From: Lama guanicoe
Taxonomy: Eukaryota
Length of the DNA stretch: 64,000 bases
Reading direction: 5' to 3'
Assembly (NCBI GenBank): GCA_013239625.1
Contig: MU054122.1
Span: 522,773-586,772 of the forward strand
The notes under the pieces: generated by a model
What the model saw: only the letters and a program-made list of their open reading frames with translations
Databases searched by the model: none
What the model was told of the DNA's origin: nothing
Shown here: positions 26,377 to 40,909 of the stretch, in pieces
Numbering within the stretch: position 1 is the stretch's first letter
Layout: each line of letters opens with the position of its first letter
Made by a program: the position numbers and the translations under genes

Positions 26377-26639
26377 GAGTTTATAAGGAAAAAAATCAAT
26401 GGCCTATTTTTTTATGCTAAGTAACAAATGAAGTGTGAATGGGGAAAATAATTGTGATAGGTACTAAAGGTGCCCTACTGCCTTTTAAAGATGGATTTAA
26501 ATATTTCATTAAGCAAACACTGACAGCTATTCTGATTGTTGATATTTGATTACACTACAGTTTGATAATTTGAATGTGATCATTTACCTCTTAAAATAAA
26601 AACAATAACATTTCTGTGATTTCTTTTTATAATATGTAG

Positions 26640-26724
26640 AGAAAGCAACCAGTGAGATGAATACTGCTGAGGATTGGGGCCTCATTTTGGATATTTGTGA
26701 TAAAGTCGGTCAGTCTCGCACTGG
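26640..26724 (+). CDS. STAM: STAM exon 2, VHS domain ([29 protein letters not shown])
   Basis: Acceptor atgtag|, donor GG|GTAAGT; 85 nt; in frame with exon 1. Confidence 0.98.
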
Positions 26725-28644
26725 GTAAGTGTTTCGAAGTTTCAAAGCATTTTTATTTATTCTTCCCTTTTATTAACATGAATAAACCAAGCATTAGAAG
26801 GTAAAGCATATTGCAGTCACAATTCAATTTAGAAAGAGAATGTTTTCTCAGGCAAGATTGGAGGAATCACCCCATTTAGGTTACTCCTTATAACCAGAAG
26901 TAGCATGACTGGGAACAGTGTTGATACTGTAATTATTCACCCTTGTCCATGTTTGCCTCCCCAAATCTAGCTTTTCCCACTGATTTTTAAAGTCATCAAT
27001 GATCTCTCAGTCACCAGTTTTTCTGGTAATTTCTGAGTTCGTTTCTTCTTTGTCACATCTGCCTGTTCCACCCAGCTAATCAGTGACTATTGAAAGAGAG
27101 ACATTTTTAGGAAAATGGAAACTGTATACTTCCTGGGATACAGACTTTTTGGTAATACAGGGCTTTGCAAACAGTGCAGTGAGGGGATTAACTGATACAC
27201 ACATGAACGGTTTCTTTAATTCCTGGGCTAATAGCATCCAGTTATTAATAGCCACATTCACCCCTTTGTGCCACACAAATTATTGTCTCATTTTTGTACT
27301 TCCTTATGAGGAATGTTCAGAAGCACTGCTGTAGCATACTTGGTTCTTCTGGTGGGAATCTGAACCCTCTGACAGTGCCTTCTCTGGCTCTTCTTCCTTC
27401 CCTTCTAAATACAGGTAGTTCCTCATGTTGCTTTGATCCATTTTTTTTCCCTAACATTTTTTTTTCTCTGTAAATCTCACAGCTTCTGGGTGTCTTTATG
27501 TGAGTGACACCTGTATTTTCAACTCTCATTCTCTTACCCAAGCACTGGTCCTGTGGATGCAGCACCGTTTCTAACATCATGCTATGTAAGCCTCGGTCTC
27601 ATCTTCCAGGAACCTGAACTCATGTCTCTTGGCTTTAAACCCATGTTCCCTCCTTTGTTTCCCGTCTTCCTTGTCTCTGTTACTGACAAGGTTATTCTTT
27701 CATTTGCACTTGAAACCTCAGGCTCATCTCTGCAATTAGTTTCTTACTAAATTCTATCAGCTCACCACCATCATGTCTCTCACGGTGTTGATGCTGTGCA
27801 ATCTCCTTAGTTAAGTTCTTGAACACGGTCACACCAGGCAGGGCCCTTTGTCCTCAGAGCCTTTCTGCCCCTTCACTTGAGCCCGTTTAGCTTGTAACGC
27901 ACTCCCCTTGGCAGGTTCCCGAAACTGTGGTTTCCACATGTGGCTCACCCGTCCCCTTTGATGAATACACATTTTAGTGTATGCAGTCTTGTTCTTTCCT
28001 GCCTGCTTAGTTCCCTAATTTAATTGAAGTTTGAGTAGCTACTGTGTGCTGTGTGTCTGTTCCTTTTTTGCTTTTCTCTTGGCCCCAGTTGACTGGAGAC
28101 ATCCTTAACCGTACCTAGACTAGTGCATTAACCCGTTGGTATTTCCTTCTGCTTCTGCCTTTTTTCTGTCCGTCTCTTAGAGCCAGTTGCCACATAACAA
28201 CTCTGACCGTGTTACACCTGTACCTTCCGTGCTGAGCTAAGTCTAGTAATCTCCTTTGGCCTCTGAATCACTTGTTCTTCATTTACTTCTTCTGTAAATG
28301 CCATTCTTTTCAACTCATATTTGAGTTGCCAGTGCTTTTCTGCCTAATTTTAATGTTTTTTGGTCATTTTGTACCTTCAGTGTGGAATATTCTCTTCTCC
28401 CATTCCCTGTCTCTGTCTCATATCCCTCCAGACCCGCAATGGGTATTATTTCTTCCACAGAGCCTTTCCTTATCCCCGTTACTGAAAATCATTACTGATA
28501 ATCTGGACCCTCAAAGCACTCTATCAAAACCATTCTTGTTTGTGTTTTGTCTTGTATAATAGCAATTTATGTATATCTAGTCTACTTGGATTGGTAGGCT
28601 GAAAGTCCTATGAGTTTTTGTTGTACAGGGGAAAGTAAATACCT

Positions 28645-28865
28645 TAGTGGTTGAGAGTGTGGACTCTGGATTGAGGCCACCTGGGTTCAGATCCTAGCTC
28701 TTGACTGCTTAGCTGTGTCATGTTGGGTAAATAGTAACTTAACTTTTCTAGTTTGCTACAGAAGAATAAAAATAGTCTCTTTTACATAGGGGCTTGTTTT
28801 GAGTGTGAGATTAGTCAAAATATATATATATATAAAGTGTTTATAGTGGTGTCTGGCACATGGTT
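28645..28865 (+). mobile_element. MIR
   Basis: tagtggttgagagtgtggactctgga...cctgggttcagatcctagctc...agctgtgt. Confidence 0.75.
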
Positions 28866-29269
28866 AAATGGGTGCACCTTTGTCCTTTTCTGAGGAGAGT
28901 GCTATTTTATGACAGTTTGTCTGTTGAGGACTAGCTTACTGACCTAGCTCCATCCCTGTATAATTTGGAGATAAAACTTTTATATAGCTTTCCAGTTGTA
29001 AGGGCCCTTCTCTTTTTTCACTGTCACTTTTCTTTTTGTCTTTGGTTTGCTGTTCTTCACTTTGTAGATATTTTAAAATAATTAAGTTAGTTGCTTGAGA
29101 TGAAGAGACAAACTCCTTTTCATTACTAGAAATATTCCATATTTTTCTGGTTGAAAAGTAAATTTGTAACCCACCTAAAAATCCTGTATGATATATAATG
29201 TAGGTAAATAAATCAGTTTGTTTTTCTTCAGTTAACATTCTTATACTAGAAACAATAATTTGTTACATT

Positions 29270-29592
29270 TTCCCTATTTTTTTTTCTTGTGATGAGAACT
29301 CAAGATCTACTCTCTCAGCAACTTTCAGATATACAATAAAGTATTGTAACTATCATCTCCATGCTGTACATAATCCTCAGAACTTATTTTTTAACTGGGA
29401 GTTTGTACCTTTTGACCCCTTTTATTGATTTTGCCCACCCCCCACCCTCCCCCGTCTGGCAACCACCAATCTGTTCTCTGTTTCTGTGAGTTAGATTCTA
29501 TTAGATTCCACATATCAGTGAGATCATATAGCATTTGTCTTTCTCATTCTGACTTATTTCACTTAGCATAATGACCTGAAGTTTCCATCCAT
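29270..29592 (-). mobile_element. L1MA-type 3' end
   Basis: aagatctactctctcagcaactttc...tctggcaaccaccaatctgttctctg...tgacttatttcacttagcataatg. Confidence 0.85.
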
Positions 29593-30201
29593 GCTCTCCT
29601 TATATATTGAAAATGTACTTATTTGTAGCTTTAAAAAATTATTTTCTATTTGTTTTTTGTCATTATCTAGTATCATTAGGTTTAGCTACATGCTCATTTT
29701 TTACTTTTTCAAATTTACTTTAGACAACATACTCAATATTTTCCTTAATATTTCATTATCCATTGGAGATTTTAATTGACATTATGCTAAGTCTAAATTT
29801 CCTTAATAAATCTTTTCAACTTTGCTAATTTAAATGAGAGGTGGTTCTATTTTTAATATTTTTTCCTTTCCTCTTTCCTTTTTTTCCTTCCACTAATTTT
29901 TTCTTCCTTGGAAGTTCTTGCTCTTCAGTTCCTTTAAATTCTGAAGTTAATTTCCAGCATTGATTTGTTTATGTAAATATGATATCTCTTTATAGTTCAT
30001 ATTAATAAAGAATTGTTTGAAAAGTATTGTATATAAGTGAGATACCATTCTGATATTCCTGGGTTTAAAAAAAAAATCAAACCCACAAAATTCACTCATG
30101 TCTGTGATTTTTCTCTAAAAATAATGTTTATGTACATGTCTAGTAGTATTTTCTCGTTCTTGCTGTACCTTGATAATTTCATAGTAGGACGTGATAAGCA
30201 T

Positions 30202-30440
30202 CAGGGCCGCATTCCTACTTGCATGGGCCCTGTGCACTTTTTTCTTCCTGGGTCCTTTTCTCCATTAAAAAAATAGTAAAATATTTTATGACTGCATTGC
30301 TATAAAAGTAAATGTACTATTAGTCATTAAAACATTTTCTTTGATCTAAAAGTTCATCTTTTTGTTATTTTAAAAGAAATTAAAACATTTTTGTGGGCCC
30401 CTGAATTTGTGAGCCCTTGTGTTGTGCCTGCATGCCTAAG
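30202..30440 (+). mobile_element. hAT-type MER (MER96B-like) remnant
   Basis: cagggccg...atgggccct...aaaagaaattaaaacatttttgtgggcccct; family name tentative. Confidence 0.5.
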
Positions 30441-30555
30441 AATAACTATTACGGAATTGGGTTCTGTATTCTCAGGTCAGCTTAGTAATAGAAAACTATT
30501 AAGGTTCTTTTCAAGTGAGCAGTAAACTGTGGGATACTTGTGGTAGAGTTCCTAA

Positions 30556-31102
30556 TGTTACCGAGTCCAAACTTGTTCTGCTCACCACACGACAGGTCAA
30601 TAAATCGGGAGATGAGGTGTTGGGGCAAGGAATAGCGACTTTACTCGGAAAGCTGGCAGACTGAGAAGATGGCAGACTAACGTCCTGGAGAACCCTCTTC
30701 CCCAAGTCAGAATTCAGGCTCCTTTTATACTACAAATGGTGGAGGGAGGAGGGAGGATGTGGTAGGTTGTTGCAAACTTCTTGGTGTAGGAATTCTTTGT
30801 TCTTGGAATCCTTTCTTCTTCAGCTGTCCAGTTTGGTGAGGTCATGGTGCCCCTGTGAAACCTCTAACACAACAAATGTTGTTTTCTATTATGCAACTTA
30901 TTATCTTTATAGAAGTACAAAAGTGTTAATATCCTTAAAGATCAGAGCCTTGAGAATAGCCTCTCCTGTATACGTCAGGCTACAGGCAACATTCTTTTAC
31001 AACAGGTGCAGAGCTAGCAAGACTAAGCCTAGGAAACAGGGCTCAGGGTTAAAGCCAAAGCAACAGCTCCATGTGGAGTCAGATTTGTTGCTTTCTGTTA
31101 CA
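30556..31102 (-). mobile_element. Solo ERV1-type LTR
   Basis: TGTTAC...TGTTACA ends with a perfect 4-bp TSD CTAA (30552-30555, 31103-31106); minus-strand TATAAAA at 30723-30729. Confidence 0.88.
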
Positions 31103-31114
31103 CTAATATATCAT

Positions 31115-31330
31115 TTATTTACTTATTTTTATTACGGTAAAATATATATAGCATAAAACTTAACGCATTAACCATTTTTAAATGTACAGTTTGTGGCATT
31201 CAGTGCATTCACATTGTTGTGGCATCGTCATCCGTATCCCATCTCCAGAACTTTTCATCATCCCCAGCTGAACTCTGCTGGTTAAACAACTTACCACTCC
31301 CCCTTCCCAGAACCTGGTGACCGCTTCTAG
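31115..31330 (-). mobile_element. L1MB-type 3' end
   Basis: taaccattttaaatgtacagtt...cattcacattgttgt...catctccagaacttttcatcatcccc. Confidence 0.75.
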
Positions 31331-34300
31331 TTTGTTTTTAATCTTTTACATCATTTTATAATTATTTATATGGAAAATTTATAGTGACCTGGTTTATGTT
31401 GTCAAGGAACCTAGATACACAGGTTTAGATATGGGTTGCTGATGATAGTAGCATAAGAATATTAGAAAGTATTGTAGGTTGTCAGTGAGATGCTTTGGAT
31501 ACCTGGTGTGCTTTAGAAAAGACTTGAGACATGTAATTGGTGTGAGAGGGAAAAGGGAACAGGAGTTTTCCTGAGGTGGATGTAGATACAAGGCAAGTGG
31601 AAGTGGAGGGAAGTTATGGATGGGAATGCAATTCCTAAGGTTATTTATATACTAGGCAACGGTCTAGATTTTTTAAAAAAGCATTTCCATGCGATGTTAG
31701 TTTGTAATTTTATAAAATGTACAGATTTATTTAAGATAATGGATTTTGGGGTGGTGGAGGGAACTTTAAGAAAAGCATTTCTTTTTCAGTAAGATTTTTT
31801 TTTAATCAAAATGATTTATAACCAGCAATATATTGTAGAATTACTTGTGCATAAATAAAATAACTTATGTTATTTACTTTTTTCTTCCCTAAGAAGATAA
31901 TATTTAAAAATCCTTTTGACCCTTTAAAATTTTTCTTTCTTTTTTTTTTTTTAAAAGAGTCATCTGTTGTGTAGCATTGTGATCGTTTGGAAAATATTCT
32001 CAAGTTTTAAGGGAAAATAAAGAGCCAATTATTGTGAAATTTCATTTAGTTAGAGAACTATGACCCAGAAACATGGTTCCAGTGGTATTTCGGAAAACCT
32101 TCCTTAATTCTTCCTCTTTTCAAAAAATCTTGCTGTGCTGTTCTTTGAACCACCTATTCGTGTGTATTTATGTTTGTTGTTTTAAAGAAATACTTATGCT
32201 TAAATGAGATACATACTTTTTTGTTTCAGAAATACATACTCAGATGGCTCAAAAATTAAAACAATTTAAAAAGATGAACATTGACAAGTCTAACTCCTAT
32301 CCCTGTTTCCCTCCTCCATCCTCTGTAGGTACCACTTAGTTTCTTTTGTTTCTTTCCATAGTTTCTTCCCTCAAATATTAATATATTTTCTCCACATTCA
32401 TTGACAATTAGCGTATTATATACACTATTCTACATTTGTAATTACTTCATTCTTAACATATCCTGTCCGCCTGAAATGTTTGAATATGCTGGACTTACAA
32501 CTGTAAAAAACATTCTGAAAATGTTTTCTGACTTCCTAAGATATTCACATGATTTTTAGTGTGCAGTTCCAGTGTCTGAGTAAGTACTGAGAATGCCTAG
32601 CCAGTGAGGTCATATGATGGACTGAAAAGTCTGTTTGTTCAGAATCAAGAGAACTTTCAGAATAATAGTAGCAGTTTTCTTTAACATGTCTTCACATAAT
32701 AAATAGCTGTTGTCTATTAGTTTTGATTGATTTGTTTATAATCTCATATGTAAAAAATAGATGAGGGTAGATCCACAGTAACAAGTAAATATTAAAATTC
32801 TATAATTGACATCCAGGTTAATTTGTGCTATTATTTTATATCTTAACTGTCTGTCCTCAGCTTTAGATAAAAATGAGTTGACTGAAGGTGGAAAACATGA
32901 TGAAGTCTTTTCTTTGCTTGGTAAGGGATCTATTTAGATAGCGTGTCTTTGATTTATTCGTATAGATTTGGAAGGAAAAAATGATAGTCATTACAGATAC
33001 TTTGTGAAAAATATAAGCCTTTAGGAAAGAGTGTGTTAAAAATATTTTCACTGGCTTTATTTTGTCTGGTCTTGACCTGGGCTGTGAGTACAGAATACTG
33101 GCTGACCTTTGACCGGAAGTTGATTGATTAATTCCTGATTTTTTTTAACGGAAAAGTGATCTCTGACCTAGACGTCTTCAAGTTAGAAGGGCAGCATCAG
33201 GTAGAGAAACCAGATCTCTTCCAGTATATAGTTTGTAATAATCATATCTTCAACTTACTGGCTTTAGGTTTTTAAAATCTTTTAAGTGTTCTTGTAAGAA
33301 TAATAGCCAACATTTATTGACTGCTTATTATCTGCTGGATCTTGTTTAAGTACCATATATGCATTTTATTTTATCATCATAACAGCTCTAGGTACTCAAG
33401 GCTTTTCTAGTTAACGAATGAAAATCTGATTCACATTTAGGATTTTTTTAAAAATGTGATTTAAACTAGGAGAAGAGTTCCAGCAGGGATAAAATTAAAG
33501 GCTTGCTTTTGTAAAATGTGATCTTAATTTCCAGGTCCCTTTTACTTTCTTACCACAGAATTACTTCAGTTGGTTTCATTCTCTTTATATCAGTTTTTCT
33601 TTTATTTGACAAACAGGAACACTGGCTGGGTATCAAGCTTTGGGTATACAGTGGTGAATAAAGCAAGCACAGCCTTTGCCATCAGCTGTGGTAGTCTACC
33701 AGTGGACGACAGGAACAAACAGATAATGGCTAAGAAGATAGTGGACAGAGTATTTTAGTGGACAATAAAAGGGGAGATCTACTTAGATTTTTCAGGGGAG
33801 CACTGGTGTCAGGGTGTAACATTTATGCTGTGATTTTAAAGTTGAGAAGAAGCAAGGAGCTGAAAGCAGAGGCCGCAGGCATAGGGATAGCACTACGTGA
33901 ATGGTGCCGGGTAGAGAAGGGTCGGTGCTTTCTGAGAAGAGGGAAAGATACAGAGTAGCTAGAGCAGAGGTGAGTTTCCCTGAACAAGTAGAGCTAGATC
34001 TAAAGAGAGTGAGTGAGTTAGAAAAACGGAAGGTCATAGTTGGAATGCTTGAAATTGAGATTCTAAATGATTTTCTTTTTTTTGGTAGTGGCATAGACTA
34101 GGATGTGACCATGCATTTTGAATATGCCCAATGACTATAGAGTTATTATTCACTTCAATTCTGATCTTTTTTGCATTTTATATTAAAATTCTTTTATAGT
34201 TAATGTAATGTCTTTATATTTTTGAAAGCCATCCTCTAAATCGGACTTCCCTCAATATTCAGGGAAGGTTTATATTACCTGTTAATTAAAAAATTTTTTC

Positions 34301-34701
34301 ACTTTGTTCAGCAAAGATTTGAGTTCCCTATCTTTTACTGTGTGCCTGCTATACAAGTTATGCATACACGTGTCCCTGCTGCCTTCCACAATATAGTTAT
34401 ACATACATCCTTGAGTGATAAGTTGTAGTAAAGCACTTTTCATAGCATGTAAGATGAAAATGTAAAGGTCAAGTCACTCTAAAATCGCTTTGAAACTAAA
34501 GTTGTGAAAGTGACTCAGTAGAGTAGGACACGTTTTGTGCTTTCTATAACTAACATTGTTGACTGTCCCCGAGTCCCTGGCACGATTCTGAGAGTATTGT
34601 AATAACACAGCGAGCAGGAAGCATTGGCGTCCCCTTTTTATAGATGAGGTCTGTCAAGCCTCAGATCTTTTTCTACTGAATCACAGGGCTGTTTTGTCTC
34701 A

Positions 34702-34880
34702 CAGTGGTTCTCAGCCTGGTGGTGTTGCTCTGTTAGGGATGGTTTTGGTTGCCACAGTGACAGAGTCACTGCTGACATTGATTAGGCAGGGAACAGAGAT
34801 GTGATATGCCAGACAGTCTTAACACTGCAAGAATTTTTCTGCCCTAAACACCTAATAGTGCTCGTATTTGGAGACATATT
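34702..34880 (+). mobile_element. MER20-like remnant
   Basis: cagtggttctcagcc...ttttggttgccaca...gctgacatt...ggcagggaacagagatg. Confidence 0.55.
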
Positions 34881-34952
34881 GCTATTATCTTTGTATCTTT
34901 TCAGTCCTGCCTCAGGTGATGAGAAGTTAACTATGCAAGTTCATTAGCCATG

Positions 34953-34987
34953 TATTATTATTATTGTTATTATTATATATATATATG

Positions 34988-35018
<31 letters not shown>
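34953..35018. repeat. (TAT)n followed by (TA)n microsatellite
   Basis: tattattattattgttattattatatatatatatgtatgtatatatatat... Confidence 0.9.
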
Positions 35019-38000
35019 TTTTATGTTTCTAATACTTTAAGGAAGAGGTTCTATTGTTCTTCTGTTAGGTCCCTTGAAGGGGGATAATGAAGAGAGAGTA
35101 TCCTCATTTTGAAAAGTTGACTGATCTAAAAATCATTGCTTTAGTAATAGATGCAATAATTAGAATTTAAATTCACTGCCTTTTCAGTGGCAATCATTTC
35201 CTCAAGCATTTAAAATAGGTTAATAGTTTGACCTATTATTTTTATAGTACAAAAAGTACTTTTCGAATGAGATGTAGAGGTGAGACATATTTGAAATAAG
35301 AGATTAAAGAAGTTTTATAAAGCATGAGATCTCACAAAGCTTGACTCCTTTGTCCAACAAAATCATTTAATATTTTTGGCTTTCTCCTTATATATTATGG
35401 AAAGACTTCATGCTGAGCTATTTATCTATCATAACTGTACAACAGCATACTTATAAGTATGCTTAAGACAGACATTTATAAATAATGTGATGACAATTTT
35501 GGAAATGTACTCAGGACTATTCAGAGAGATTTGAAACTTCATTATTCTCTGAGAAGAGAATTGCAGAAATACAAAATTAGTTCTCGTTTTCTTTGTCCTA
35601 TTACTATTGATCTGAGCTGCATCATATACATATTTAACTTCCTGAGTTTAACTGTATTCTTTTGCAGCCTCCTCAATTTTATTTTTCTTAAAAACTTGTC
35701 CTTCTGTCCACTTAGTGAGCTCTTCATGCTCTCACAATTAGTTTTCACTTCTCTTAAGGAGTGTGACTATTTCTGTACACTGAGTATGACTCTTGCTCAG
35801 AGTATGCATGTTTTAAACAACATGGCCCTATAGACAAGCCAGCTTCTTCACCTGGTGCTCCAAGTAGCAGTTTTTGCTTTCATAATTGAGGAAAAGTTGC
35901 CTGTATTGAGCAGTTTGAGAGATGGCAGAGTATGTTCTCCAACAGTAACTCCCTAATCAAGGAAAATTGATTAACTGCAATTTTTGCTTTATACCCTGAC
36001 TTCAGAAACAAACCCTAGGAAACAGTACTGTTCCATTATATTTTAAAGCGGTATGATTTGTGCTATGGTCATTTATCACATGGTAAATTAAGAGAAAGTT
36101 ATTTTGGGTTGGAAAACTGGGAAAGGTGAGAGGAAGTTCTCCTTCCCTTGCTCTTGTCCCTACCCTTGACCCCCATCTTTTTTGGTTTCCCATCTCAAGA
36201 TAAGAAAAAGAGAGGATAAGGCTTAGAAAAAGTTTTAAAATACCAAAATAGAGTTTTGAGAAGGTTTTTGAGAGAGATGAGGATTTGACTACCCTTTACA
36301 AAAGGTAGGTGATGGAAACCGTTGGTAAACTCCTCTGCATGCACATGCAGGTTTTATCGTAGCCGGTGTTTTTACAAAATGCTTCATTTAAATATACCAT
36401 CAGTCTCCTCACATCCTGTGCTCCTCCCAGCACTACTTAATGTGCATTTTCCCCCTTATCTTGTGATTTTCAGACATAAATTTTTTGAGAGCATATACGC
36501 ATAGAAAGCAAATTCAGTGGAAGATGCAGAAGTTGGTAATAAAGTTTTATAATGAAGATTATTCAATTATTCTAAGTACTAATTATTGTACAACAGTGCA
36601 AAGCAGTGTTTTTTCTGTTTAGCTCAGTGACTTTTTACTGAGCATTGACCATGTTGAAGGCATAGAAACTGAAAGACTGAGAGTGGTTATCGTAGAGAGG
36701 ATTTGATGGAGAAGAGCCCCCTCGTAGAACTCTGTTTTCTTTGAAGCCCACAGTACAGTTTATTGAGCTGGATTGTTGTGCTGTGCTTGTGAATAATGAC
36801 TTTGACTTTGATGCTTTAGTTCATCAAAGCAGACCCAGGCCAAGGCAGCTGCGTCCATTCCTACGATGTCTGTTTTCTTATCTGGTGCAGGATTTGAGAA
36901 AAAGACATTAGAAGTCATGACTAGATGAAAGTACAGCTTTTTTTTTTTTCTTACTCCCATGATCTATGCATAAAAAAGACAGTTTTTTGGATAAACATGG
37001 TTTTGGCTGGGGTGACTCTACGTCCAGTTTGCCTTGAATAATTTCACTGAATGCCTGCTGTTCCTGTGTTGTGTCCAGTTAGCACCCCCTTCCACTATCA
37101 AAAGGGTCCCTGTATAGGTGATAAATGATACAGACATTGTGTTTGTAGACAACTTTCATTTACCAGTAAGAGGATGAAAGTCATAGGAACACCTACTTTA
37201 AATTTACTTCTAACTCGTAAACCTGTTAAAAAGTCTTTTAGCCATAATCTTTGGTTGAATTGTAAGATTTAGTAATAAAATATTTATAAATATACTTCAC
37301 TTCTGTATTTTATTTATCATCTTGTGGAAGTACTGAAAAACTGAATTGAAAAAATAACACGGAACAGAATGAGATAGTTAATACTAGATTTTTGTGGGTC
37401 GCTTCTGCTGTTTAATAGTGCCAGTTTTATACACAGTTCTGAAGGGACTTTTTTTGGCTTATTATATCTAAAAAGATACCGCTGTATTGACATACATAAA
37501 GTGTTCATCAACACTTATAAGCATTCTAGTTGGCTTTTTGTGGCATTATCCTTTTTATGATTGTAAATAGCTGACTTTTTGGTGCCAGACACATCTTTGT
37601 CTTGGTTTTTAAAATTGGGAAAAACATTAAAACAGTGTAGAAATGAGTGAAATGAAAAGTAAAAGTTCCATTTCAAAGTCCCTTTCTCCACACCCCTTTC
37701 CAGAAGTCACCCCAGTTTAGACTTCTTTCTTTTAAAACAAAGGTGGTTTATGAACAGTACGTCAGAAATTTCATTTAAAATTTGGTGGTAAAGCAAATAT
37801 TGAAGATTATTTTCTGAAATGTTTTAATTCACTGAGCTGAATCATCTTTGGATTATTATTTTTAAATGAATTTTAATTTTAGTGTTCAGATAATCCCTTT
37901 TATATTTGGCCTCTGCCAGTACCTTGAAATGATAATTTTGTGTTTGCCAACATGGTTGTCACACCTGCAAAAATCAGCATGGGTTCACAGATTCTGGCTC

Positions 38001-38439
38001 CTAAAATAAATCCAACTGTAAAAAAGGCAAAAATCTAAGTAGTAATGTTATATTATTTCTTCAGTTTAATGATGCTGCTATTAGATACTTTTAATACAAA
38101 ATCAATAAAGTAAGAGCTGCAGAATCATGAGTTGAATGTGTGACATATAATAGGTATTCAATAAATTCAATTTTTTCCCCTCTTTTCTTCATGCTCTTTA
38201 GGTGGAAGACTTCCCAACAGGCAATGAAACATCCTTAGAAACAGAAACTCTGTTTCTTATTCTAATTTTTCCCTATTAAATTTTTTTTCTGTTTATCACA
38301 GTTCTTAGTAATTGTATTGTCAATTCTTAAAGAAATTTTTTAGGATAATTCTTACTGGCCAATTTTTCCAGGGCTAGTTGTATTTCTGATGACTTGTTAA
38401 TGTTTTTTTTTGGTTGGTTGTTGTTTTTTTGGTATGTGT

Positions 38440-39495
38440 GTCCAACTGCCCATTTTCAAAACTTCCTCATCCCAAATGGAAGCTCTGTATGCATTAAATA
38501 ATAACTGTCCATTTTCCCCTCCTCTTGGCCACTGGTGACTTCTGTTCTATGTTCTATCTCCACAAATTTGCCTGTTTTGAGTACCTCACATAAGTGGAAT
38601 CATGTAACATTTATCTTTTTGTGTCTGGCTTATAACTAAGTATGTTTTCAGGGTCCAGCCATTTTGTAGCATGTGTTGGAATTTCATTCCCTCAGGCTAA
38701 ATGATATTGCACTGTGTTTTGTTTATCTGCTCATCTGTTGATGGAGATTTGGCTATTGTGAATAATGCTGCTCAAAGGATGGATGTACAAATGTCTGCTT
38801 GAATTCCTGCTTTCATTCTTTTGGGTCTATCCACAGAAGTGGAGTTACTGGATCATATGGTAATTTTATATCTAAGTTTTTGAGGAACTATTAAACTTTT
38901 CAACAGTGGCTACACCGTTTTGCATTACCACCGCAATGCATAAAGGTTCCAGTTTTCCCACGTCCCCACCACTTCGTATTTTCCCTTTTTTTCTTTCTTT
39001 TCCAGGGATTTGGGAAGACGGAGGGAGGAATGAATAGATGGAACACAAGGGATTTTTAGGGCAATGAAATTATTCTGTATGATACTATAGTGGTGGCTAC
39101 ATGTCATTATGCATTTGTCAAAACCTGTAGAACGTACAGCAAGAGTGAACCTTTTGGACTTTGGTTGATAATAATGTGCCCAAGTTGGTTCAGAAGATAA
39201 GATAAGATAAGAAAAGAAAAGAAAAAAGTGATGACAGTATCACTGATAGCTTTAGAAAAAAAAAATTAGCCATCCTAATAGGTGTGAAGTGGTATCTCAT
39301 TGTGATTTCATTTGCCTTTCCCTAATGATGTTGAATGCTTTTTCATGTGCTTTTTTGCCATTTATGCATATTCTTTGGAGAAATGTCTGTTCAAGTCCTG
39401 TGTTTGAATGTTTTTGAATTGGGTTGTTATTTTTTGTTGTTTTTGAGATGTAGGACTTCTTTGTATATTCTGGTTATTAATCCCATATTAGATGT
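38440..39495 (-). mobile_element. Antisense L1MB-type 3' region, interrupted at about 39005-39190 by a sense L1 3' UTR piece
   Basis: tacctcacataagtggaatcat, ggctattgtgaataatgctgct, agccatcctaataggtgtgaagtggtatctcattgtg; the insert has ggatttttagggcaatgaaattattctgtatgatact. Confidence 0.82.
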
Positions 39496-40752
39496 GTCCT
39501 TCCATTTTGATCAGATTAATTTCATCCCATTAGTTAATTAATTAGTTAATTTTATATATTTTTCTTTCCTGAAGTTGTATTGGGTTCTTTTTTACATACC
39601 ACCTCTTTACTTGTTATGTTGATGATTTCTTATACATCCTTGAGCATACTTAGAATAGCGTATAAAATTTCTACATTTTCATTTGACTAAATTTTCTTCT
39701 AGTTATGTATCACTTTGTCCTGTTTCATGTCTTATCCAGTAATTTTTGATTGAGTGTTTAGTATTATGGATTTTATATTGTTGAATGCCAGGTTTTGTTG
39801 AATGCCAGATTTTGTTGTATTCCTGTTAAAAAGTATTGGATTTTATTCTGTCAGAAGTTGTGACACTTAGGTCAACTTGATCCTTCCTTCTGTGGCTTAT
39901 TTTTAAGCTGTTATAGGATGGATTTAGAATAATCTTGGGATAGTATATCCCTGTTACCAAGGTCTAAGCCCTCTGCTATAAGGACTCTCCACTTTGGTAT
40001 GAGCTCTGACAACTGTGGAAGCTTTGGGAACCCTTTAGTGTAAAGCTCTCAGTCACTTTTTGCCCAGCCTTCTGGATTTTTCCACAACAGACCTAAAGTG
40101 AACCCCTATACAGGTATCTAGGACTCTTTCTTCATATAGCTCCTTGTACCCTGTCCTACAAAGTCTAGTTCCCATAGCCTGCCGGAAGTCCGGGTTCTGT
40201 CTCCTCAACTTAGTGAGATCACCGCTGTCTCCTTGGGATCCCCTCTGCACTGAGATCCAGAAACTGCCTTAGGCAGAAAGCTTATTCCATCTCTGGAAAG
40301 TGCCTCTGGGTAGAAAGTTGAGGCAAATGTCTGGTTTATCTAGTTTGTATTCGTTCTTAGAGATCATTGTTCAGCACTACCTGTGGCCTAATGTCCCGAA
40401 AATACTTTAAATATATTTTTCCAGTTTTCTGATTGTTTACAGCAGGAGTATAAGTCTCGTTGCAGGTAGTCCATCATGACTGGAAGTGAAAGTCTTAGTC
40501 TTGTACTTTATTTTCAAAACTTTTCACCCAGAATTAGCCCAAAATGCCTAAAGGATTGCTAAGGAAGGGAGCCTATTAATTTTGTTTGAAAAATTTTATG
40601 GAACTTTTTAATGTATAGTTTTTCGATTGTGTCGTTAGTAAAAATTAAACTTCTCTACCATATTGTCCCTTTTGTATAATATCTATTGCCTTTTATAGTT
40701 AGGGACAATAAGGTAGAGTGTACTACTAATCTTTACATTTCTCATTTTTTAG

Positions 40753-40828
40753 ACCTAAAGATTGTCTTCGGTCAGTTATGAGGAGGGTGAACCATAAAGA
40801 TCCTCATGTTGCTATGCAAGCTCTGACT
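40753..40828 (+). CDS. STAM: STAM exon 3, VHS ([25 protein letters not shown])
   Basis: Acceptor tttttag|, donor ACT|GTGAGT; 76 nt. Confidence 0.98.
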
Positions 40829-40909
40829 GTGAGTGATTTCATTTTAAGATCTATCTCACAATTGTCTGCTGAAATTGAGCCCTTTTAACTTCTCATTTTA
40901 TGCTTTTAG

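Noticed and set aside
40829..40909. 81-nt intron 3 (multiple of 3) as an in-frame retained intron
   Set aside because: It contains an in-frame TAA at 40886-40888, so retention would truncate the protein.
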